From Phoronis australis (lineage: Eukaryota > Animalia > Phoronida): DNA of 64,000 nt. The stretch covers positions 439,541 through 503,540 of the forward strand of contig NMRA01000165.1 of assembly GCA_002633005.1 (NCBI GenBank), given 5' to 3'. The notes under the pieces are model-generated. The model was given only the letters and a program-made list of their open reading frames with translations, was not told the origin of the DNA and did not search any database. This document shows positions 24,601 through 36,600 of this stretch, in pieces (within the stretch, counting starts at the first letter, position 1; each line of letters starts with the position of its first letter). The translations under genes and the position numbers were made by a program.

Positions 24601-27600
24601 CCCTAGTGTCAATTTTAGTTTTTTACATTTACCTCTGTATCTTCAAAAGTCCTAAACGGATTTTCATAAAATGTAGTACATAAGCACCTATTACTTAGAT
24701 GACGTTGTCCGTTCGTTTTCAGATGGATTCAACATAGTTTGCTCCACCTGGTGGCCATTTTTGCTGTTTTCGAGTCTGTTTTTTGCGTCCACCCCTCTAT
24801 CAATCAAACCGCTCAAAGGATGATTGTGAAAATTGGCATGTATGTGCTTACTATAAAGAGGACAGTTGACAATGATTTTCCGACGATTTTGACTACTGTG
24901 GCGCCTCCTAGTGGCAGTTTTGTTTTTTGCACCTATGGCTGTATCTCCTAAACCGTTCAAAGGATCTTAACTAAATTTAGTAAGTGTATTTATATGATGT
25001 TGATAACAGACGATGGTGACTTTCGGACGAATCTGACTACTGGTGTGCCATCCAGTGGCAATTTTATTTTTTTATGTTTACCTCTGTATGTTCAAAGGTC
25101 CTCAACTCATTTTCATAAAATTTGGCATACTGGCATCTGTTAATTAGGTTTTCTTGTCTGTTTTTTTGGCGTCCACTCGTCTATCAACTAAACCGTTTTC
25201 AGGATAATTGTGAAAATTGGCAGGTATGTTTTTACTATGAAGTGGACGACTGACAATGTTTTTTGACGAGTTCGACTACTGTAGCGCCTCCTAGTGGCAG
25301 TTTTGTTTTTTGCACTCATGGCTGTATCTACTAAACTGTTTGCAGGATCTTTACTTAATTTAGCAAGTGTATTTATATGATATTGACAACAGACGACAAC
25401 GATGGATCTGACTACTGGAGTGGCAATTTTAGTTTTTTACATTTACCAATCTGTATCTTTAAAGGTCCTCAACAGATTTGCATATAGGCATCTATTGGCG
25501 AGATGATGATATCGTATAGAGGTATTTTGCGCCTCGTAGTGGCCATTTTTGCTATTTTCAAATCTTGTTTTTGGCGTCCACCCCTCAATCAACCAAATCA
25601 CATTATACGGATGGTTTTGAAAATTGGCCTGTATGTTTTTAGTGTGAAGAGGACGTTTGATGATGGCGACTGACTACTGTGGCGCCTCCTAGTGGTAGTT
25701 TTGTATTGTTGTTTTTTGCCTATAGTTGTATCTCCAAAACTCACTGCAGTATCTTTATTAAATTTATTAAGTGAATTGATATGAAGATAACAGACAACTA
25801 CTTTCAAGCGTATCGAACGGACGCTGTGCCCACAAGTAACAATTTCATTTTGTTCTGTTTCTTTTGTTTTGCTGAAGTTCCTTGACAGGTTTTGTGAAAT
25901 ATGGCATGTTCCCGTTTTGCCCCATCTAGTGGCCATTTTTATGATACTATTAAATAACCCTAAAAGCACACAATTTGCGATGCATTCGTGGGCGCATTTC
26001 AACGCTCCGTGTTGCTCTTCTTAACTAGCGCCAGCTGATGTCAGCTTTATGGGTAGGTTTCAAAATGATTTTTGTGTAGATCAACCAAATATGTTTCTGT
26101 TTTTGGCCTAATATTTTATCAGTAATTATACAACATTCATGCTTGTAAGGAACACAAGCATGTACAGTACAAGCCAAAGGTATTCAGAAAAAATGTCTCG
26201 GAATATCGCCTCATGGTGGCTGGGCAGAAGCCAAATTCGTTGTCCAAGTAGTCTTCCTTCGTGACGGAGAATAATGGGAAATTAAGGTGGCAGTTAGACC
26301 GGTGGCTATGCCAGTCTGTCATTAGAATTTTTACGGCCCTAAAAATTATTACAGGTCATTTTTGCTGTTAATAGAATTAGTAGTTAGGACTGGAAAACAA
26401 TAGTAAATCCGATTTCTTTTGTCTTGTACTGTGACACTTGTGTGGTTGTTTCCAGATAATAGTTTGTCCAGTGTGACAGCCAGGTCACTGAGTCTGTCTG
26501 AGCAGAGGAGTGACAGAACAAAACTGTCACTTGATCTCACTCGTGACATATCACATTCAGGCTACGCTTTCAAGCCTGAAGATGTCTCTGCCATCACAGG
26601 GGAGATTGAGAAGGGAGTTTCGCCTGAGATTGACCGTCTTCGTCAGGGTTAGTAGTAATTCAGTTCAGTAGTCATTTCCTGTTTGAAAATCAACTCACCA
26701 AATGACGTGTGGTGAAGCATAGTCTCGCTGTTTTGTAATGTTTCTAAAACAGATTTTTATATGATCAACTTTTTGAACATTAATTGAAGATAATTGTTTA
26801 AATTTCAAGGGAATGCTCCTGTGGTCTCTAGTAGGTTAATGGCAGTTTGTTTTTTTTCATGGCAATTAATGAAATTATTGTAATATATGTCATTTCTCCC
26901 CTTTATTTGACATAGCAAGTTCTGTAGTTGTGTAGTTGTGAATTTTGTCATCCAAGTTAACACTCAAAGGAATATTTCAATGTACATTCTAGTTCCTGTT
27001 GAATCCCCCATTTTAAGCCATGCCGAGGCTGAGAATGAAGTTGTGCATCAAATCCGAACTATCGGTGATGAGGTTTGTATATCATGGTGTCGTGAAGGAA
27101 TTACAAGCTGCTCTTTCATTAAATATATACAATAGTCACACTCTCATATGCAACAGTTTTCAAAGAACACTTGGCATTATCATCACCAAAATCTTGAAAT
27201 AAATGTTCTGGTTAAATCTTTTCAATTGGTGTACAGTTATGTTTTCTTGTGATTTCGTCATCATTTTTGCTGTGGGTTTGAAGAAACTTGGCATGATTTA
27301 ACATACTTAGTGAAATCTTAATATTTAGCTTTATTGAGGTGTTTGGGGGTGTTCACTTTTAAAATACTTTCTTTTGGTAAACAGCGTATCTTTGATATCA
27401 GAGCCAGTTCACACTACCTTGTGTTTTTCTGTAGACAGTTTTTATCAGGGCTTGGAAATTTTCCTGTTGTAAGAGGATTTCCTCTTCTGGTTTCGATTTC
27501 CTCTTATTTGGTTTCCAGTTTTCACTTTTTTGACCTCATTTATGCAAAAAAAATGTTTCTTGTAGTTTGTAAAACATGTCATCTGCAAAATTGTCCTCTT

Positions 27601-30600
27601 TTTTGTCGTTGGTCATTCCAAACCCTGTTTTATTGCTGTAGGCTCTGATGAATCATTTTCTCTTTGGCAGGTGAATGTTCGGTTTGCAAATGAGATCAGA
27701 CAAGCCAACAAATACCTGTTGGGCTCGTTTACCTATGAACAGTTCAAGAATGTAATGAGGACTCTCACTCAAGACATTAATGCCTCAGGATGGCACCAGG
27801 CAAGCAAATCACACCTATTGTCGGTGTACACCAAATGTGAAACATCCTCTCATTTGAACATTGAGTTTCATTTTGAAATCATGTCAGTGTACACCAAACG
27901 TGAAACATCTTCTCATTTGAACAGTTAGTTTCATTTTGAAATCATGTCAGATGACTCTTATGGATGGGCATGTTTGTTGCCTTATCGTAGTAAAGGTCAG
28001 ACTGTTACTGTCTGATTTCTTTTATGACTTACGGGCAAAACTAAATTGGTGTGTCGTACCTTTGAAATTCTTTGGAATCAGTTTTCAGTGATAATATGCC
28101 AATTTCTTCATTAAACTGCTCTCCTTTGGCTCTGGATCTTAATGATTTGATAGTGGTAAATGGAACAATTCAGAGTTCTAGTTTAAGTTTTTGGCAGAAT
28201 TTGGTGGTAAGATGCATCTCACGTTCAAAGTTTAATGCTTTGGCTGAAGATTCTGTGGAATGATTAAGAATTCTACGAGAGTAGAAAAAATCTTCCAAAA
28301 CACTAGAAAAATGCAATGTTTCAACATAGAACAAACTAATTTCTCACTGTTCTTTGTAGGTTGCCCTGGTGATGTCTTTCAGCCAACAGCTGGCATTTTT
28401 CTCTGTAAAACGGGGTCAGAAATTTTTGAGTGATCTTGGAGAGTACACAACTGACTACATCATGGAAAAGAGTGCTGACTTCATTATAAGACAAGGAGGC
28501 TGGGTGAGGGAGGAAACTTTGTTCATGTAGCGGTTATAGCAACCAGTTTTATGTGCCCACATAGGACCACATCATGCCCTCATCTCCATACGTCTTCTGT
28601 CCCATGCAGTATCTCCAAAACCCCTGGATGGATGCTCATAAAATTTTTCAGACATGTTTCCATAATGAAGGGGACAGCAAGAGGGCAATTTCAGACGTTT
28701 CTGCTAACTGATGTCCCCTCAAGTGGCAATTTTAGTTTTTACATTTGCCTCTGAGTTCCTTATTACAGATTTTTATGAAGTTAAACAACACCACCTTCTC
28801 ATTTTCATATGTATTTGATGTATTCTGCGCTACCAGGTAGCGGTTTTTGCTGTTCTCGAGTCATCTGGCTCCTATTGGCTAAACCACTCTAAGAATCACT
28901 ATGACAATTGGCATGTGTCCATACTTTTCAATATAGTTTATTATAGTTGCCACTGTAACAATATTCAAGTTTTATGCCAACTTAAAGGCGAAGGCAACCT
29001 TTTTTCATGTCATTTTTAGTAAAAATAAGGTTCGTTGATTATCCCAGACATATTTTTCACTTATTTACTGCTTTTCGTAATTTAATTAATTACTTGTTGT
29101 CTACTCAGGAAGTGACGTTTTGGGAGGCAAGAATTTGGCGCCAATTTCTTTTCATATAGTCTGACTGTGAGAGCAGTCGAGTCAGTCATTGTTTTACCTC
29201 GGTTGTAATAAGTTCGGTCGTCGTTTGTTTTTGCTTTCGAGTCAGTCAACATGCCACGCTGTTGCTGCGTACTGGGATGTATTCATTATCGTCTCACGTA
29301 CAGAGGAAGAACTGTCCCACTTGCCCGAGTGTCCCGCGACACACTCCCACTGGAGGGTGATCTGAACACCCAAACTGCTTACATCACGCCGTGTGACTCC
29401 CTTGTCACGCACCTGGCACCTTCCAAATAGCTCCAATACAAGTCCACAATAAACTTATCAAACTTAGGCTCACCGATCTGTTCATTGGATGACGAACTGT
29501 CCTCTTCACTGGGTGTCGAACTGGGCCTGTATTCACTACCACTACTCAACATCGCTGCAGGGCTGCTTACAGGCTCTGCCGGGGCTAGAGACAACAATAC
29601 AGGGTGAATCACTGCTAGTTCCCGGAACTGTACGCAATGGGGTACGTTCGGAGGCACGAGTGACAGTAGATAAAGTGCCTTCAGTCATTGTATATAGTGG
29701 CCACAGCTCGCGAGGCTTCTCGCTTCAAAAATGCACTTCTCGGGGGTGGCGACGGGGCATCGCTGGGAATCAGCAGCGACGGTATGGTACCCTTCTTCAG
29801 GCGTTGTTTCGCAGGGACCTTCATCAATTCAGCGTTCAGTGACATGAAAAAAGATTTCCTTCGCCTTTAGAAGCGAAGGCAACCTATTTTCATGTTATTT
29901 TTAGCAAAAATAAGGTTCGTTGATTGTCCCAGACATATTTTCCACTTAATTACAGCTTTTCGTAATTTGATTAATTATTCGTTCTCTACTCCGGAAGTGA
30001 CGTTTTAGGAGGCAACGATTTCGCGCCAATTTCTTTTCCCGTAGTTTGACTATATGAGCATTGACGAGTCAGTCATTGATCTACCTCGGTTGTCATAAGT
30101 TCAGTCGTCGTTTGCTTTTGTTTACGAGTCAGTCAACATGCCACACTGTTGCTGCCTATCGAGATGGCCCAAAGTCTGTAAGCAGCCCTGCTGCGATGTT
30201 GAGTAGTGGGAGTGAATACAGGCCCTGTTCGAGTACACCCAGTGAAGAGGACAGTTTGTCGTTCAAGGAACAGATCGGTGAGCCAAACTTTGATAAGTTT
30301 ATTGTGGTCTTGTCTAAAGTATTGGAGCTATTTAGAAGGTGCCAGGTGTGTGGCGAGGGTGTAAGCAATTTGTGTGCTCAGGTCACTATCAGTGGGAGTG
30401 TGTCACGGACACTCTGGCATGTGGGACAGTTGCTCCCCTGTTCGTGAGACGATAATGAGTACATCCCGGTACGCAGCAACAGTGTGGCATGTTGACTGAC
30501 TCATAAACAAAAGCACACGATGACCGAACTTATTAAAACTGTGAGATAGAACAATGACTGACTCGGCAGCTCTCACAGTCAGACTATACAAAAAGAAATA

Positions 30601-33600
30601 GGCGGGAAATTCTTGCCTCCCAAAACGTCACTTCTGGAGTAGAGAACGAATAATTAATTAAATTACAAAAAGCTGTAATTAAGTGGAAAATATGTCTGGG
30701 ATAACCAACGAACCTTATTTTTGCTAAAAAAGACATGAAGAAAGGTTGCCTTCACCTTTAAAGGGGTGATAAAGAAAAGAGGTCACGACTTTCATTCAAT
30801 CATTCACACACTTACACTTCATGTGGTAGGAATAACATCAAAGAAAATGATATCAAGTACATGAATGAAATTCATTGAATTGCATCCCCTAGGCTCTCCC
30901 ACATTCTAATTTCTCTGTTTTCCAGTTCTTTTTTGTTTTTGAAAATTAAAATGAATGATTTCAAGGTAAACCAAACTGAGCGTAGCTGTTGTTGATCACG
31001 TATGTAGATATGTTATTGAGTGGTAGTGATAACATAATTTGTCAACAGGGAAAGCTCTGGAGTATTTCAGCCATTCAACGTTATCTTGACATTTTCTGTT
31101 ATCACATCACAACCATAGCATGTAGGGATATATTGTGAATAAAACGTTCAGCTTCCATGTTCGGAGAATGAAGTCAGTTGAGTAGAGGGCCTTCATTAAC
31201 AGGGTTCATGCTGTGAACTTTTAAACCACCATCTTCATAAGAGGCCATCATTTTTCTTTATTGTAGGATTTCCTGACCAAATCGTCATTTCATATTTTGC
31301 TAAATTTGTTTACACCTGTCATTTGTCAAGCCAAGAACAAATATGAATTAATTAGGACAGCGCAAATCCGTTAGCAAGGACAATTCTACCATTGACTGTC
31401 TTGTTTTCCCAATATTTAAAAAGCTTAAATTCAATTTTTTTTAGAACCTTGTTTATTTTTTCATACACTGATACATTGAATGTTCCTTATAGACCAGTTT
31501 GTGATGTTGGTATTGTACAGTTAAGACTGGTGACCTAAAAACATGATTTTCCCTTACACTTTCACTTGTTTAAGATAAAACCAGACACTAGACCATTTCT
31601 TTGGAAAATTCAATATGTGAGTGTATTAATATGTATGTAAATCAATAAGCAAAAGGTCCAGGGTTTGAGTCCTGGTCGGAAACATAAATTTTTAAGTTTT
31701 CAGACTTGTGTTCATTAGGTCACCTGATGTGGCCAATAGGTGGCGTGCTGACCAGACTTAAAAATAACTATGATCTATATTTCCACGCCGCTATAAGATT
31801 TAGATGTCACTTGACATTGATGCGTGGAGACTAAATACACACCTGCACGGGTGAGAAACAACGTGACCGCCGGTCCTCTAAATCGGACTGACTCACCCAA
31901 AACAGGACCTCCGCACCAAAAAATGGGACTGATGCACCTAAAAACATGACTGCCCCACCAGAAAACAGGACCGTCGGGGACTGAACATGACCGCCGGACA
32001 ATATGTAGTTATCAATGTCTTTGTATTATACTGCTTATGATTACGTAACCGGTCAGCTAGCTGTGTAAAGACTCGCCAAAATAAAACTTGGTAGCGCTGC
32101 GTTATTGAGCTCCGTTACATCCCCGAAATTTCCCACAGCCCGGGTATAGTTCTGGTCGTCACCTTGTCGTGAAACTTACATCAACATGTAGAGCTAGCGA
32201 GCGGAGCAGGTGCATGCAAAATCTAGGAGTCAATCAACACTCACCTTGCAGGTTGCAGCCGTGAAAAACAATCTAATGAACGTCATTTGTTTGCCTAATG
32301 TAACAAAAAAGTCTGTCGCGCTCGTGACATGAGCACGCGACATGTCCTAAAATTTTGCGACATCTTTCGGAAGATGATGACTCAACTTCGCAGCAGCACA
32401 ATTTGTTCTGAAATTCGATTTGCTGGTATTGAAATACTAAAAACTTATGACGAAATGAAACCAGTTCCGATAATTTGTTGTGCCATGTACGCAACCTCGT
32501 AGAAGAGAAGAAGAGCTGACTGAACGGGGGAAAAAATTAAGGAACTGGTCAATGTAAGCCAACCTAAAAGAACGCATCTCAATTTTAGCTGCAGAATAAC
32601 GACAGAACAACAATTTTTCCAAGCGAGTGCCGATAAATAATTTAGTTTACTCAAGGAAGAGTGTCGTTAATAACGCTAATTCGGTGAAGATTTTATGTTT
32701 AGTGTTTTACCCACATTGGCGCCAAGCTGTATATTTAGTATACTGCTTTGCCGCACAAAGGGTAGTTATGATGCTGCACCTGAGAACCAGAACGCCCGTT
32801 TTTTGTTTTTTTTCTTGACTAAAACGTCAAATTGGAGAAAACGATTTTCATTTTGTTTTAAAACTTACGCAGTGGATAAAGTTATAATTATTTAGCTCAA
32901 AAGCGTGCAATGTGGTTGGTTTGTGGTTAAAACTCAAAAGCGCCGCGTGTTACAAAGCGGAGAGTCCTGTAGCACACAAAAGATTTTGTTGGAGTAATCG
33001 GCACGAGACCTGCAAATGCATAGCTCCATTGTATGATCTGTGTAGGCCTACCGGTAATAAAGCAACTTGTTTGTCACTGCGGTTTCAATCCCCGGCGGTC
33101 ATGTTCAGTCCCCGGCGGTCCTGTTTTCTGGTGGGGCGGTCATGTTTTTAGGTGCGTCTGTCCCATTTTCTGGTGCTACGGTCCCATTTGATCCCCGGAG
33201 GTCCTGTTTTGGGTGAGTCGGTCTGATTTAAGAGGACCGGCGGTCATGTTGTTTCTCACCTGTGACCTGGAGAACAGAACTTTTAGTTCTGTTGAAAATG
33301 GCACTCCAAGATAACCAAATATTTATATTTTTAGTAGCCATAATATTAAAATGGTTGCTTTCCTCTTTCATATGTATTGGTAGTTACATGCTTGTTAGTT
33401 TCACTTGTAATTCAAAAAACAGAAGGTTTTTTTTATTAAGAATTTGCAGTTTCACGCCAAATACGTGTTTGCAAGAAGCAGAAACTTATAGGATGTGATC
33501 ATCTGTAATTTCCAGTCAGTGGAGTCACTTCCTCTATCAGGGGAGGGGTAATCTATCCATCTTAAGGAGTATGCAGTGAAAATCCATTTGCTACTAATTG

Positions 33601-36600
33601 GAGCTACATCCAAGTTCTTGTAAGGAACCCAATCGTTTTTTGTTAAATTCAGAGACCGCTTTGAAGAATGCAATTATATAGAAAGTGGTCTTAAGGTTAT
33701 GAAGTTCTTATCGACAAGCCTAGTGTGTATTGTAACAAATGTCTAAAAACTAAAAAGTCTTTATGAATTCAAAGAAGTCTGTTAAATTTGATGTTCGATT
33801 TATCAATCTGCCATTAATTGTGTAACGTGATATGTCTTTTAAGTAAAATTCAGGAAAAACCTAATTTTCATTGATAACTGTGCCATGATGTCTGAGCATG
33901 ACTAAATTTTGTTTAAAATAATTCAAGATGCAATCTCAAAAACATTTCCAGTTTTCTAAATCATTTTGTTTTCATTTTTGTTTTATTTCCTTTTTACTTT
34001 TTTCATGAAAATTACCAAATTTGGATAGCCAGTCATTCAAATGTGGATCATTTTTAAACAATTTCTCACAGCGTTTTCTTTTTTCTAGCTCACTACATGA
34101 GGCATAGTATCCGATCAATTATTTTTGAGATATCAACAGTTCCAAAGTTGGAATTTGGATATTTTTTGCTACACAATCTTAGGTGGCCTGATGTTTTCGA
34201 ACAAGACTATTAGAATTATTGTATATCTGTAAGATGTTATTGAAACAATAATTCTGGATGTTGTCAAAACCATACTTATGCCAGATATGGATGGTTAAAG
34301 TAATAATTTGAACAAAAGATTTTTCTTGGGCAGGTACCTCCATTCCAGTTATTCACGATTAGAAATGTATAATTTTGCAGGAAGTATTCCCTTGTAAGTA
34401 GTCAATTTGTTGCAAATCCTGCCTACTTATTTCAGGGGTCAATTCAAAAAACACCTCCAGAAAGTCCTGTGTTTGATGGCAGCTCACCGCCGTCTGCTAA
34501 CGTGCTGCCATCAGGTGGTCCTGTAAGTATCACTGGAGACCTAATTTTACACACAGAGCCAGCGTTTATGTAGGCTGAGTACACAAAAAGTGTTGAATAG
34601 TTGGTGTTTAAAACTATATTTCAAACTTGCCCATGTTTTAAGATTGGCAAATGATTTCATTACTGATATTTTTGTAATGTATTTTTTCGTAACACTGAGT
34701 CAGGTCTCTCTAAGGAAGAGACTCTTCACTTTGAAGTGGGAAAAACTCTGCTCAGGGTTCATCAAGGCTGGCAGTCAAATCTATAACCTCTCCCACATGC
34801 TCACTGGTTACATAAAATCCTAAAAATTGCTGGTGTAATGTCACCATAGCTACATGTACATCTTGTAATAATGTTATAATCAAGTAGCAAGATAGTAGTG
34901 CGTGCAAATTAGTAGTCTTACAATTCAACTAGATCCAGAGCCATTTTTGTTGTTCGTGCAAAACAAAACCAACATTTGAATGAATTCATTATGACTAACT
35001 ATATCTTGTCGAGCTTTCCACTCATAAAAGCAACTCTTTGTCTCCTTTCTGCTTACTAATGACTTGCTTTCCTCTGCACAGTCATGCCGTAACACATCTA
35101 GCCGGCTCTCCTCCGACTTCCCTTTCTATGACACGAAGAGCACACTCAGTTTGGAGTCTCTGCTTCGGAAAGTAAAGAAAGACCCCGCCCCCTGCGGCCA
35201 CACATCATGTAGCTGCAGAGAGAGGTCAGATGATGATTCCTATTACAGAGCCTCCTTAAACTGGGACAATATTTGTTACCAGGACCGACGAGGAGCATCG
35301 TCCACTTTCCCATCCATGTGTAATGAGAATATACGTGAGTTAGCCGAGGCGTGGGCCGAAGCCAAGCAAATGAAGCTCCCCTCAACCAGTCCCACTTCAG
35401 GGGAGTCGGACTACTACTCGGCCTACTCAGACTACCACCGTCCAGACACGGCTGAAGTAATCGACTGTCCTGTAGCACCGACTGATGAGGAGGTGTCCAC
35501 CGAAGCTGACAGTGACCTGGAGTCGGAACCATCAAATTCTGCTGCTGAGATGCTTGAGGTGCAAGGCGTGTATTACAAGCAGGTGTCCAGCAGTCCAGAC
35601 ACTGGTCAACGCCGTTTGATTGTATCTAGCCTCTTGCCCCCTCGCACCAGGGTAAAAACTTCAAAGAAGTTCAGCATCTCCAAAGCTGCTGCATTTGTCA
35701 GCAAAGAGTCAGCATCAGAGAGTGGAAGTACTACCTCAACAGACTCAGCAGTGTCTGGTACTCCAGAGTTTCCGATCTCTGAGGAGTTACTTGAACAGAT
35801 TAAGCACATTGAGGTGCTGGTGGTCAGTGAGAAAGAGACATCTAGCAGTGACAGTGAAGAGGAAGGCAGACACCAGCCAATGTGCACCCTCGGCCGAGTT
35901 TGCGGAGCTGATCCTGCAGTAAGCATTGACAATGAAGTGCAACATAGCAAAGACAGTAGTAGTAGTAGTAGCTGCATTAGTTTACAGAGAGCTGGTGAGT
36001 CATTTGCAGTTGATGCTGTGGGTGCAGTGCCAATAAGGATCGATTGCCGTGACAACAAGTTGAAGTTCAAGATAGCTGGCTCCATGACTCACACCTTTGG
36101 TGACTCATTACAAGGCATGGAGAAAAACTGGGAGTTTGCAAGTGGTGGCGAGGAGTACAACGTGCACACCCCAAAGCAATTCAGAGACGAGACTTACCAG
36201 AGGGAGTGTGAGGGGTCATTCTGTGTTCCTAACTTCATCATCAGCCCTTCTCGAGATAGTGTTTTTACTTCTGTCGTCTTGACTAACAGTGAACATGATG
36301 TGGTGTCCTGTAACGATGTCTGGGAAGATGCCCAAGAGTATACAGAGATGCCGTCACCACCAACCACCATTGTACACCCTTCTTTGGCTTCCTTGAAGAC
36401 ACACAGAACTGTAGATACTAGCCCATCAGTTTCAGCAGTGCCTTTGTTGAAGACAAGCGTGGAGCCAGCTAGTATAAGTACTTCCATTTCTAGCTCTCTG
36501 TTGCTACGTAAACGCGATTGTGAGAATGCTGTTCCGTTGTCAGATGTTCACAGTTCACTATTGACTATGGGCGGAAAATCAGACAGTCAAGCCATGAAGT

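Noticed and set aside
31650-31760. tRNA or tRNA-derived SINE (B-box-like GGTTTGAGTCC)
   Set aside because: No A-box or cloverleaf could be built; at most a decayed SINE fragment.
31846-31890. True V(D)J-type recombination signal in the Transib-like end
   Set aside because: Only the CAC start resembles the heptamer; no ACAAAAACC-like nonamer at 12 or 23 bp.
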